Source of the DNA: a virus
Lineage: Duplodnaviria > Heunggongvirae > Uroviricota > Caudoviricetes
DNA length: 64,000 nucleotides
Virus record (IMG/VR): IMGVR_UViG_3300027156_000002
Direction: 5' to 3' (one strand)
The notes beneath the pieces are model-generated. The model was given only the letters and a program-made list of their open reading frames with translations. It had not been told where the DNA came from and did not search any database. Below are positions 47,318-55,921 of this stretch, piece by piece. The position numbers and the translations under genes are program-made. Every line of letters begins with the position of its first letter. Position 1 is the stretch's first letter.

Positions 47318-47562
47318 AGAAATTATTTAGGGAATCCGAAGATTCCCTAGTTTCTATGATTTAACTGGTTGTGGCGTTTTACCGTTTACCCAATCCCAAT
47401 CTTCATCGGTCATGGGAATCCAATTGTTTACTTGCATTTCCCATACTCCTGCATCAACTTAGTTGCTCGCTCACGATTACCATTGCGAGCAGCATCTGCA
47501 GCAGCACGAGCATAGCCAATTCCCTTTAAAACAACATAGACATGTCGGAAAAATGATTTCAT

Positions 47563-48039
47563 TTATTTCTCCTCATTCAATAATTGTTTCTCACCTTTAG
47601 ACTTAATAGCAACTTTCTTTGGTTTACTTTCTTCAGGTGTTAGACGCTCTAAAGCAATCTTCAACATACCATTAAAAAGTTCTGCGTCTTTAACTTCTAC
47701 ATTATCTTCAAGAGCAAACCAACGAGTGAACGCACGATTAGCAATACCCTTAAATACAAAGTTTTCATCATCAGATACGCTATTAACATTACCTTTGATT
47801 ACTAACTTGCCACCATCAATCTCGATATCGATGTCTTGCTTAGAGAAACCAGCTACAGCCAATTCGATTGTATATGAGTTCTCACTGTTCTTACGAATGT
47901 TGTATGGAGGATAGTTAGGAATATTTTTGGTGATCTGATCATGCATCTCTTTATATTGAGAAAGAGTCTTATCAAATCCAATAAAGAATTTTTCTAGTTC
48001 TTTATCATTCCACAAGTTTGGGATAAATTGACGATTCAT
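47563..48039 (-). CDS. small heat-shock protein (Hsp20/alpha-crystallin)
   Basis: Start re-assigned to MNRQF. AGGAG SD lies 7 nt upstream. Alpha-crystallin-domain pattern present. Confidence 0.6.
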   Translation of the reverse strand: MNRQFIPNLWNDKELEKFFIGFDKTLSQYKEMHDQITKNIPNYPPYNIRKNSENSYTIELAVAGFSKQDIDIEIDGGKLVIKGNVNSVSDDENFVFKGIANRAFTRWFALEDNVEVKDAELFNGMLKIALERLTPEESKPKKVAIKSKGEKQLLNEEK

Positions 48040-48049
48040 AATGTTCTCC

Positions 48050-48274
48050 TTACTTAGTTCCGAATACTTTCTTAGCATCAAATGAAGTTGCTGCTGTACC
48101 TACTGTAGTGAAAAAATCTACAGTTGATTTAGCGACAGTCTTAGCAAATGATTGCTGAGCATCGATGTAAGTTTGGAGGGATTTTGCTACTTCTTCGTTT
48201 TGAACGAAAGTCTTAACGAATTGAGTTTTGATACCTGATACAGTATCGATAGATGTGTTTAATGCTGATAACAT
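48050..48274 (-). CDS. hypothetical small protein
   Basis: 74 aa. AAGGAG SD. Confidence 0.4.
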   Translation of the reverse strand: MLSALNTSIDTVSGIKTQFVKTFVQNEEVAKSLQTYIDAQQSFAKTVAKSTVDFFTTVGTAATSFDAKKVFGTK

Positions 48275-48662
48275 ATTGTTCTCCTTTTCAGCGAGTTTAA
48301 AATTGCTACCCCGAAGGCATAGCGTTAATGCTGGTTACTGGTTCCAGCGACAGCTTAACGTACTGACAGCTTTACCAACGATTCGTAACTTAGCGGTCCT
48401 AAGGTGAATTCTTGGTAGTGTTTTACATGGTTACTACCACCATGTCCCATCCCGAGGGATGCGTACTTGCATGGGTAAATCTATTTAGGCAGCAGGAAGT
48501 TCTGTAGCAGCAGCTTCTTGTTGCTTAATAATTTCTTCTACCTGTGGTTCACCCTGTTGCTTGATTTTGCTGATTAGGGTTACAACTTCCTCAAATGGAT
48601 GTTTACCAAGTACACGCAGAATCAAATTGCATTCGTCAACTGTTAGTTCAAGTTTAATCATG

Positions 48663-49082
48663 TTATTTTACCTTCTTACCAATGTTATATTTAGGGACTA
48701 ATTCCCATTCATCTTTCTCTTTATAAGAGACCACTTTAATTTGAGATAGAGATGCTTTAGGGTCAGCACGTTTAGAATCAAGAATCTTCAACAGTTCCCA
48801 GTCTTCCAACAATGTTGCAATAGCATTTCTTCTCTCAATATCACCAGAAGTGATATTCGATTCTTTACCATCCAAAGCAAATAGTTCTTTGAAGTGAACG
48901 ATAAAGTATCTACCCTGCTTATGTAAAATATGGCAGGATTGATATAATTTCTTTTCTTTTCTGGATGCGATCCCGATGCGGGTAAGTGTCTCACGAACCT
49001 TCAGAAAGTTGTCAGGTTCAGGTAAAGTCACTTCAAGCATGGACTCTGGCGTCCAGTCGTAGTAAATCATTTCAACAGTCAT
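48663..49082 (-). CDS. regA: translational repressor RegA
   Basis: 139 aa. Recalled near-collinear similarity to T4 RegA (FLKV.ETLTR.GIA...K.LYQSCHIL.K.G.Y.IVHFKE.....G..LVPKY.IG). Confidence 0.85.
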   Translation of the reverse strand: MTVEMIYYDWTPESMLEVTLPEPDNFLKVRETLTRIGIASRKEKKLYQSCHILHKQGRYFIVHFKELFALDGKESNITSGDIERRNAIATLLEDWELLKILDSKRADPKASLSQIKVVSYKEKDEWELVPKYNIGKKVK

Positions 49083-49084
49083 GA

Positions 49085-49462
49085 TTATTTTCCACCTTTA
49101 TATAATTTTTGTTCTATCATAGCCAACTGCTCATCAGACAATACACTCAATGCCTGTTTAGCCTTTTCGTTAGAATACCCATAGTATTCTTTCACTAAAC
49201 GTAAAGACTCAGAAATGGCATCCTTCTTAGACCATTTACTGAATCTTTTCTTTTTAGTAATACTATTTAGCAAAAACGAAAATTGCCAGTTCTTTGGAAT
49301 CCCATAATGGCGATTCATCTCGTTGGCGTACAATAGGGTATCTGGAAAATAAGACAACCCTTTATTCACGATCCAAGCATTATAATCCTTATGTGCTTGG
49401 GGATCTTCGAATAGGTTTTGTTTGGTGAAATTTATTGCATTAATATAATCAAATGGACTCAT
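49085..49462 (-). CDS. 62: clamp-loader small subunit (T4 gp62-like)
   Basis: 125 aa. Synteny regA-62-44 as in T4. Confidence 0.6.
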   Translation of the reverse strand: MSPFDYINAINFTKQNLFEDPQAHKDYNAWIVNKGLSYFPDTLLYANEMNRHYGIPKNWQFSFLLNSITKKKRFSKWSKKDAISESLRLVKEYYGYSNEKAKQALSVLSDEQLAMIEQKLYKGGK

Positions 49463-49794
49463 GAATCAAACCCGACTTCTTTCAAATTATCAGGAGTCGC
49501 TGCGAACTTTTTACCTGGATATCTTTTATCCAAGTTTTCTTCTAGTTCTTTGCGATTAGTTCCCTGAGCCATAAATGTATTATCGGGAAGTGAATATACA
49601 AAATATCCATGATCTACCTTCTCAATTTTAATTGGCAGGTATTTCTTTTTTATTTCATCAATGTGTTCTTGTAATACCTCAAGAGTTTCTTCTTGCTGCA
49701 TTTTTCTAACTTCAGCAATCGCTTTAAATTCTCTGAGATACCAACCAAGACGAACAAGCATAAAGGCGACCAAAATGTATATGAGTAGTTCCAT
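49459..49794 (-). CDS. hypothetical protein with N-terminal TM, inserted between 44 and 62
   Basis: 111 aa. Confidence 0.4.
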   Translation of the reverse strand: MELLIYILVAFMLVRLGWYLREFKAIAEVRKMQQEETLEVLQEHIDEIKKKYLPIKIEKVDHGYFVYSLPDNTFMAQGTNRKELEENLDKRYPGKKFAATPDNLKEVGFDS

Positions 49795-49803
49795 ATCATA
49801 TCC

Positions 49804-50757
49804 TTATTTGAATTTACACTGAGCCATAACTTCAGTCAGTGCTGCCATAATATTTATCTCTTGGTCTGCTACGAATGCTGCTTTATATTGATAGTCTGCA
49901 AGAATAAGAATCAACTGAGGAATGCTCACTTCTTGCATGTTGCCAACTGCATTATCATACAACTCACGAAACAATGGAGCAGTACCCAACTCGCTATTCT
50001 TTCCAACCCACTTGCGAACTTCACCGAAGTTCTTTTCCTTCATATCTTTGACAAGTTGTTTGTAAGATTCTGCACTGGCATTGATAAGGATACCAGAATC
50101 AATCTTACCAGAAACAGAGTAACGCTGAAGTTCGTTCAGGATACGACGATAGTCAGGGAAGTGTTTAATGATGAGTTCAGAAACCACCTTTGGATCAAAC
50201 TCAATATTCTCTTGTTTGAGAATCTGCGCTGCACGCTTGAAGAATGTTGCAGCAATTTCCTGCTTGTCTTTAGATTCAATCTTGAATTCAATCACAGCAC
50301 AACGACTATGCAATGGTTCAATGATTCGGTTCTTAAAGTTACAGGTGAAGATAAAAGAACAGTTGCCAGAGAACTGCTCAATAAAGTTACGAAGAGCAGG
50401 TTGCACTGACTCTGCATTCATATAGTCTGCTTCGTCAACGATAACTACTTTCTTGGCGTCAGTCAGGGATACAGTAGAAGCAAAGTTCTTGATTGTAGTT
50501 CGCAGAGTGTCAATTGAACGACCTTCATCAGATCCGTTAATCATAATAAAGTCTGCTCCGACTTCATTGCAAAGTGCTTTGGCAATAGTAGTCTTACCAA
50601 CACCAGCTGTTCCGCAGAACAAAAATGTTGGTAGCTGTCCTTTAGATACATATTCCCTGAATGTCTGTTTCAACGATTCAGGGAGAACACAATCATCAAT
50701 TTTCTGTGGGCGATATTTCTCTACCCAAAGAAACAAATCATCACGTGATTCAATCAT
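49804..50757 (-). CDS. 44: clamp-loader AAA+ ATPase (T4 gp44-like)
   Basis: 317 aa. Walker A GTAGVGKTT and an RFC-like layout. Confidence 0.85.
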   Translation of the reverse strand: MIESRDDLFLWVEKYRPQKIDDCVLPESLKQTFREYVSKGQLPTFLFCGTAGVGKTTIAKALCNEVGADFIMINGSDEGRSIDTLRTTIKNFASTVSLTDAKKVVIVDEADYMNAESVQPALRNFIEQFSGNCSFIFTCNFKNRIIEPLHSRCAVIEFKIESKDKQEIAATFFKRAAQILKQENIEFDPKVVSELIIKHFPDYRRILNELQRYSVSGKIDSGILINASAESYKQLVKDMKEKNFGEVRKWVGKNSELGTAPLFRELYDNAVGNMQEVSIPQLILILADYQYKAAFVADQEINIMAALTEVMAQCKFK

Positions 50758-50784
50758 AACAAATTCCTTATAACAAATTAAATA

Positions 50785-51438
50785 TCAAAAATACCTATCA
50801 TTGGGTGTATAGGTATCTACATCAACAACCCCAAAATTAAACGAAAAAGAAATCCTATCACCTTCAGATTTATTTTCTCTTACGGCATGCATAATATTTG
50901 CAGGTGCTAAAACTAACGCACCTTCAACTGGTGTAACGTAATGTTTAACTGCAGTTATATTATTTCTGTTATGGAAATATTTGGCTGCATAATTAAAATA
51001 TGTACTAATATCTGGATGCAAATAAACCAGATCGCCAGATTCTAAAGGTACTTTAGGGTAGTATGATCCAGCTAATACATTCCCTGGATGTGGATGGCTT
51101 TCTAGATTAGATCCTGGAGGATATATATTGAACCAACAAGAATCCAAAACCAAATTAACTGTTGGTCTTGGATTTAACTCATTAAAACAAGTCTTTGCAT
51201 TTTCAAAAATTAAACCAATTAACTTTTTAGTTTCTGGGAATGCTAAAAAGTCTTTTTTAGTTAAATTATAACTCTTCCACTTTAAAGAATATTTACTATG
51301 TCCCTCTGGGTTTCTATGCTCAGGATCTTTACTTCTTAGTGTATAAGCATGGCTAGATATTTTTTCATTATCTATTGGCAGATCTTTCCACTGCCAAATA
51401 GGATAGGTGAATATATCTGTTCGAGTCATTGATCTCAC
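50785..51438 (-). CDS. hypothetical protein (possible 2OG-Fe(II) oxygenase-like) between 44 and 45
   Basis: 217 aa. SHPHPG...IMHAV motif-level hint only. Confidence 0.35.
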   Translation of the reverse strand: MRSMTRTDIFTYPIWQWKDLPIDNEKISSHAYTLRSKDPEHRNPEGHSKYSLKWKSYNLTKKDFLAFPETKKLIGLIFENAKTCFNELNPRPTVNLVLDSCWFNIYPPGSNLESHPHPGNVLAGSYYPKVPLESGDLVYLHPDISTYFNYAAKYFHNRNNITAVKHYVTPVEGALVLAPANIMHAVRENKSEGDRISFSFNFGVVDVDTYTPNDRYF

Positions 51439-52088
51439 TCAAATGTAGAGTCAGCTTCAACGGCTACATAATAAACCAAATCACCAGCACCTTTGAAGCG
51501 AGAGATCTTCTTGGAAGAAATGCTAACATCATAATCTCCAGGAAGCATCTTTAGGTTCTCAACCTTCAAGTTTGCTTTGAAAGTTTTGTTTGTGGTACCA
51601 ACAGTTTCATTGAAACTATTTGCGGTAGCATTCTTCTTATCGCCAACGACAGCAATGATAGTTGAACCATCACCGATGATTGATAGGTCTTCACTGCGAA
51701 GAACACCTGCAGTCTTACGAAGCATATCCAACTGAGTAGCAGTTAGTTTGAAGTTAATCTCTGCTTCAGGGAATGTGATTGCTTTCTGCGGAGCAGTCAA
51801 TACTTCAGGTGATGCAGCGAAGTATTTAATCGTACTCTTACCTTGTTTGATTGTAACGAACTTCTCACCGAACTCAAGTTCAGGATCTTCGAACAAAGAC
51901 ATGGCACCCAAGAACTCATTGAGATCGTAGATGCCAAAGTCGGGAAATGTTTCTGCCACTGTAGTGTCAGCCATCACATTTTTCTGTGATGAGATGGTTG
52001 CAAGTTTATTACCTTGCTTCAACAACAGATTGCTATTAATACCAGCAAAGTTTTTAATTACTGCAACTGTTTCTTTAGATAACTTCAT
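51435..52088 (-). CDS. 45: sliding clamp (T4 gp45)
   Basis: 217 aa. N-terminus MKLSKETVAVIKNFAGINS resembles T4 gp45 MKLSKDTTALLKNFATINS. Confidence 0.85.
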   Translation of the reverse strand: MKLSKETVAVIKNFAGINSNLLLKQGNKLATISSQKNVMADTTVAETFPDFGIYDLNEFLGAMSLFEDPELEFGEKFVTIKQGKSTIKYFAASPEVLTAPQKAITFPEAEINFKLTATQLDMLRKTAGVLRSEDLSIIGDGSTIIAVVGDKKNATANSFNETVGTTNKTFKANLKVENLKMLPGDYDVSISSKKISRFKGAGDLVYYVAVEADSTFE

Positions 52089-52159
52089 TTACTTCTCCTA
52101 TTCATATGTAACATAACTATGTATTCTCATTTTACCTTCAAACTGATTAAAAGTAAAAT

Positions 52160-52951
52160 TTATTTTCCAATCATCAAACCAGTCATATTGCTTGGAACAA
52201 CAATAGTCTGAACCTTGCCATTCTTAATACCTTCAGAGATATTCAATGCAGCTTGAGCATTCATAAACGCAATGGAACTCGCAGAGTTATTTGCAAGAGC
52301 AGCCATCCGCTCAGCTTCTTTACGAGCAGTCTGTACTTCTACTTCTTTCTGTTTGAATTCATTCTTTGCACGAACCAATTCATTGGCAGATGCTACAACC
52401 GAATCAGCAGGAACGATGTTACGAATAAGAACCTGTCCGATAATTAGACTTCCATCAAGTTTCTCATCAGCAAGACTCTTTTGAATCTGCTCTCTGATTG
52501 CTTGTTCCATTGCTTGACGATTGTCCGCCATATCCAGTGCTTCGTACTTACGTGCTTCTTTGTAAATAGCATTACGTGCAGTTTGAACAATGTAATTATA
52601 CATCAGGTAAATATCGCCATTGTGTTTAGCGTGGAATGCTTGACTCTTTTGACTATAGAGTTCAGCAACTTGTGCTTGATTAATGTTATAGATAACCACA
52701 GCATCAAAGTCTTTCATAGTGCTGTTGTCTTTGGCAACAGGGGTCATGTCGTCAAGTTTAACATTAACATCTTTGATAGGGAATGTAAGAACATCACCGA
52801 TCAACACTTGATTAAAAGATCCAGGAAGCAACTCTCCTTGCTGGACTTGCTTGTCAAATCCAACACGAACACCGACTTCACCTGTTTCAATACGAGTGCA
52901 ACCAGTGGCAAAAACAGCCAGCATGGCAATAGCAAGAACACTTTTCTTCAT
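52160..52951 (-). CDS. SPFH/band-7 (prohibitin/stomatin-like) lipoprotein
   Basis: Start re-assigned to MKKSV (AGGAA SD). Lipobox ATGC followed by SPFH-domain and coiled-coil features. Confidence 0.6.
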   Translation of the reverse strand: MKKSVLAIAMLAVFATGCTRIETGEVGVRVGFDKQVQQGELLPGSFNQVLIGDVLTFPIKDVNVKLDDMTPVAKDNSTMKDFDAVVIYNINQAQVAELYSQKSQAFHAKHNGDIYLMYNYIVQTARNAIYKEARKYEALDMADNRQAMEQAIREQIQKSLADEKLDGSLIIGQVLIRNIVPADSVVASANELVRAKNEFKQKEVEVQTARKEAERMAALANNSASSIAFMNAQAALNISEGIKNGKVQTIVVPSNMTGLMIGK

Positions 52952-52962
52952 AATAATTTCCT

Positions 52963-53138
52963 TAAAATAAAACAACGATACCGACCAAAAATAAACCAGT
53001 CAGAACTGCACACACTAAACTGTATGATAAAAGTTTAGAAACATGCCACTTCTGTTTACCAGTCAACGCACAAAATGCTTGAATGCCAAAATAAAAGATA
53101 GCAAAAATAATAGCGAATGATGTAACGATCTTCATCAT
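52963..53138 (-). CDS. small 2-TM membrane protein (58 aa), not in ORF track
   Basis: Hand-translated MMKIVTSFAIIFAIFYFGIQAFCALTGKQKWHVSKLLSYSLVCAVLTGLFLVGIVVLF. The ATGA overlap with the upstream stop means it is translationally coupled and sits immediately 5' of the SPFH gene. Confidence 0.35.
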
Positions 53139-53473
53139 TTCTCATCCTTTGAATATTTCACATCGTGTTCGTACAAGAACATTAGACAGCACATTGCGTG
53201 TGCCAAATGATTCTTGCTGGTTTCAGGATCGTTTTGTTCTCCCTCTTTCCATGCCCACAGATGTCTTTGCATTGCATCAAAGTATCTACGCTTTGAATCT
53301 GGAACATGTTTCCAATTATCTGGTTCGTATTTCTCCGCACCAAATGTTAGAATTTCTACAGTTGCTTTCAATGCAAGTGGAGGTAACAAACCATATTGTA
53401 GTTTGTTACCATCAAATTTACGACCACCTGTAGTGGCGTTTTGGGATTTTTTAATTTCTTCTTTAGTTGCCAT
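53135..53473 (-). CDS. hypothetical protein (conserved phage family; LLPP.AL..V..VLTFGA.KY..NW pattern)
   Basis: 112 aa. GGAGA SD. Confidence 0.4.
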   Translation of the reverse strand: MATKEEIKKSQNATTGGRKFDGNKLQYGLLPPLALKATVEILTFGAEKYEPDNWKHVPDSKRRYFDAMQRHLWAWKEGEQNDPETSKNHLAHAMCCLMFLYEHDVKYSKDEK

Positions 53474-53614
53474 TATTTCTCCACTACAAAAATTAGTACT
53501 GGTTTTTCTTTATAGTCTGTAACCAGCAAAAATAGACTGCATCTGTTTATCGCTCTTTAGTTTAAAGTCTGCTCAGCGAAAGGACGCAGTTGTCCTGTAG
53601 AGATACGACTCAAA

Positions 53615-53866
53615 TTATGCAAACAGACGTGAACCTGCGATCTTGGCTGCAAGACCAACGATACGACGTGATGGTTGACCCATACGATACTTAACAACTT
53701 CAGTACCATTTACTACTGCTGGGTTTGAATAAACACAGTAGCCTTGCTCACGCAAGTTACGAATGGTAGAAGCTGGGTGGGCGATACCGAAAGATGCAGA
53801 GATCTGCTTGGCAGTAAACTGCTTACCTGCTTGTAGGTGCTTCAATAAAAGATTTTGCTTGGACAT
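53615..53866 (-). CDS. small winged-helix-like DNA-binding protein
   Basis: 83 aa. HTH-like KQISASFGIAHPASTIRNLREQGY. Confidence 0.35.
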   Translation of the reverse strand: MSKQNLLLKHLQAGKQFTAKQISASFGIAHPASTIRNLREQGYCVYSNPAVVNGTEVVKYRMGQPSRRIVGLAAKIAGSRLFA

Positions 53867-53952
53867 TATATAATATCTCCATAATAAACAGCCATCAAAA
53901 AAAAGATCGGGAGAAGTGATGGCATTCCCTCTCCCGACTAGAAAATAGAAGA

Positions 53953-54408
53953 TTAAACTTCGATGCCATTCTCACGAAGGATTGCGTTGAAATCTTCAAC
54001 ATCAGCATCGTGAACATTAGACTCATCAACAATTTTCTCAAGACGAGTTTTCTTGGGAGCAACTGCTTTAGGAGTCTTAACCTTAATGGCTTTGGGTTGT
54101 TTCACTTTAACTGCTTTGGGAGCAGACTTGGCAGCGACGAAGTCAGAAAGTTCTTTCTCCGATGGCCATGGCATTTGATAAGTACCACGACCTACGATGT
54201 TAGTTTTCTGGAGCCACATGGGGAAACCAAGTTTCTCACCAGTAGAGCCACGCTGTTCTTTCAGAAGAAAGTAACCAGCAAGCAACTCTTTCCAAGTAAG
54301 ATCTTTCTTAGTCTTATACTGTGGACATACGTCAAGAATACGCACGCAAAATGCTTTTTGTGCTTTAGACAGATCAGCAAAGTTTTTCATAATATATACA
54401 CCTTTCAA
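53953..54408 (-). CDS. hypothetical protein with Lys/Pro/Ala repeat (PKAVKVKQPKAIKVKTPKAVAPKK)
   Basis: 151 aa. Histone H1-like basic repeat. Confidence 0.4.
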   Translation of the reverse strand: MKGVYIMKNFADLSKAQKAFCVRILDVCPQYKTKKDLTWKELLAGYFLLKEQRGSTGEKLGFPMWLQKTNIVGRGTYQMPWPSEKELSDFVAAKSAPKAVKVKQPKAIKVKTPKAVAPKKTRLEKIVDESNVHDADVEDFNAILRENGIEV

Positions 54409-54463
54409 AGTTAATAATCAACTACAATAACAATTCTACCTTAAACCTGATTATTTGTCAAGT

Positions 54464-55636
54464 TTAAAATGGGATTTCCTGAGCAGGTTCTTGCACAACA
54501 GGTGCTTCCACTGCTACAGGTTCTGGTTGCGGGTTTGCAACTTTATCATACAGGTCAATAAATGCAGCTTTCGTTGCAGCATCAAAACGATTGCAACAAA
54601 GTTGGACTGCTTTCTCCCTGTTCTTGAAGATTGCAAATGCACGAACGATATGGATCATACGACGAGTCGTAATTGTTTCATCCACACCACCATCCTCGAA
54701 AGTGCGACGGATAGCATCAGCCCACTTTACAAGGGTCTCTGCAAACTCTTCGTCAATACACGAATAAGTTTCCATGAGATTCTTGATAATCTTAATCTCA
54801 ACTTTTGCAGCTGGGTATTCCTGTTCAAACGTAACAGCGAATCGCTCCAAGAATGCTTCGTTCAATACGTTGGTACCGATATAACGACCATCGTCACTAC
54901 CCTTACCCTTAGTGTTCGCAGTTGCAATAACATTGAATCCAGGAGCAGGAACAATCATCTCATTCTTGAGTTTGAAATAGTAAGGTTTACCCTCGAGAAT
55001 CGGTTGCAAGCACAACAGAGTGTTGGCAGAGCCAGCATCAATTTCGTCAAGCAACAGAGTAGTACCAGTACGCATAGCGATTAGAACTGGTCCTTCAACA
55101 ATTTCTACGTTACCATTCTCCAATGTTTTGGAGCCGATAAGTTGTTCTTCGTCAGTCATCATGTTTAGGTTAACACGAATGAGTGGCTTTTTGTATTTCG
55201 CACAGATCTGCTCAACCATGGTAGACTTACCGTTACCAGTTGGACCAGAAATATATGCAGGGTAGAAAATACCAGACTTGATAATAACTTCCAAGTCGGA
55301 GTAGCTACCGAAAGGGACGAAGTTTGAATCCTTCTTAGGAATCAATGATGCAGTGTTTGTGTAATCAACCACGAAAGACTCTACAGGTTCAGATTTAGTT
55401 TTTACCACAGTATTTCCAACTACAACAGTAGAAGGTTTACCACCATTAATTGAATATAAACCACGACCAACAACATCTTGCATTAGCCACAATGGGTGGT
55501 AGTCGATTTTGTTTTTGGCACGAACTTCCAGCAATTGCTTGCGTGTAACTGTACCAGTAGTTTTTGTATCAGGGAACATCTCAAAGAGTTTATCTTCGAA
55601 GAATGCTTTTTGTTGCTCAGTAATTTTTGCCATCAC
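54464..55636 (-). CDS. MoxR/CbbQ-type AAA+ ATPase (CobS-like)
   Basis: 390 aa. Walker A GPTGNGKST and Walker B LLLDEIDAG. Paired with the vWA protein upstream. Confidence 0.7.
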   Translation of the reverse strand: MMAKITEQQKAFFEDKLFEMFPDTKTTGTVTRKQLLEVRAKNKIDYHPLWLMQDVVGRGLYSINGGKPSTVVVGNTVVKTKSEPVESFVVDYTNTASLIPKKDSNFVPFGSYSDLEVIIKSGIFYPAYISGPTGNGKSTMVEQICAKYKKPLIRVNLNMMTDEEQLIGSKTLENGNVEIVEGPVLIAMRTGTTLLLDEIDAGSANTLLCLQPILEGKPYYFKLKNEMIVPAPGFNVIATANTKGKGSDDGRYIGTNVLNEAFLERFAVTFEQEYPAAKVEIKIIKNLMETYSCIDEEFAETLVKWADAIRRTFEDGGVDETITTRRMIHIVRAFAIFKNREKAVQLCCNRFDAATKAAFIDLYDKVANPQPEPVAVEAPVVQEPAQEIPF

Positions 55637-55663
55637 TCACTCACTTTCATAATAAAAAATTCA

Positions 55664-55810
55664 AACACTAGACCAAATTTCAAGAACCCCACCATCAGGA
55701 TAATCAGCAGGTAACACAACAGACCGAAGGTAATCATAAGCCAGACCGAAATTAGCGAAACCTTCAGAAACAACAATTTTATTCACAGTATCAATAACAA
55801 AGAACTTCAT
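55664..55810 (-). CDS. small ORF (49 aa) immediately downstream of PeSL-5 promoter, not in track
   Basis: AAAGGA SD plus ATG at 55808-55810 (MKFFVIDTVNKIVVSEGF...). Confidence 0.3.
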
Positions 55811-55833
55811 AACAATCCTTTCACTCTATACAA

Positions 55834-55921
55834 TAATTATACGTCTTTTTTGAATTATTGTAAAGCAATATTTTCACCCTCTATTCCAGAGGGTTTGCAA
55901 TCCCCTACAATCCGTAGGGTT
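55834..55921 (-). promoter_or_regulatory. PeSL-like cassette 5: promoter (-35 rc 55859-55864 TTTACA, -10 rc 55836-55841 TATAAT) plus two stem-loops (55876-55894, 55903-55921)
   Basis: Read directly. Confidence 0.7.

Noticed and set aside
49085-49110. TATATAAA-like sequence near the gene 62 start as a late promoter
   Set aside because: Not an exact TATAAATA match and positioned inside coding sequence.
53135-53473. Assigning a specific nucleotide-pyrophosphatase function to the LLPPxAL...FGAxKY...NW protein
   Set aside because: I recall this pattern only as a conserved phage domain of unknown function. It is not secure enough to name.
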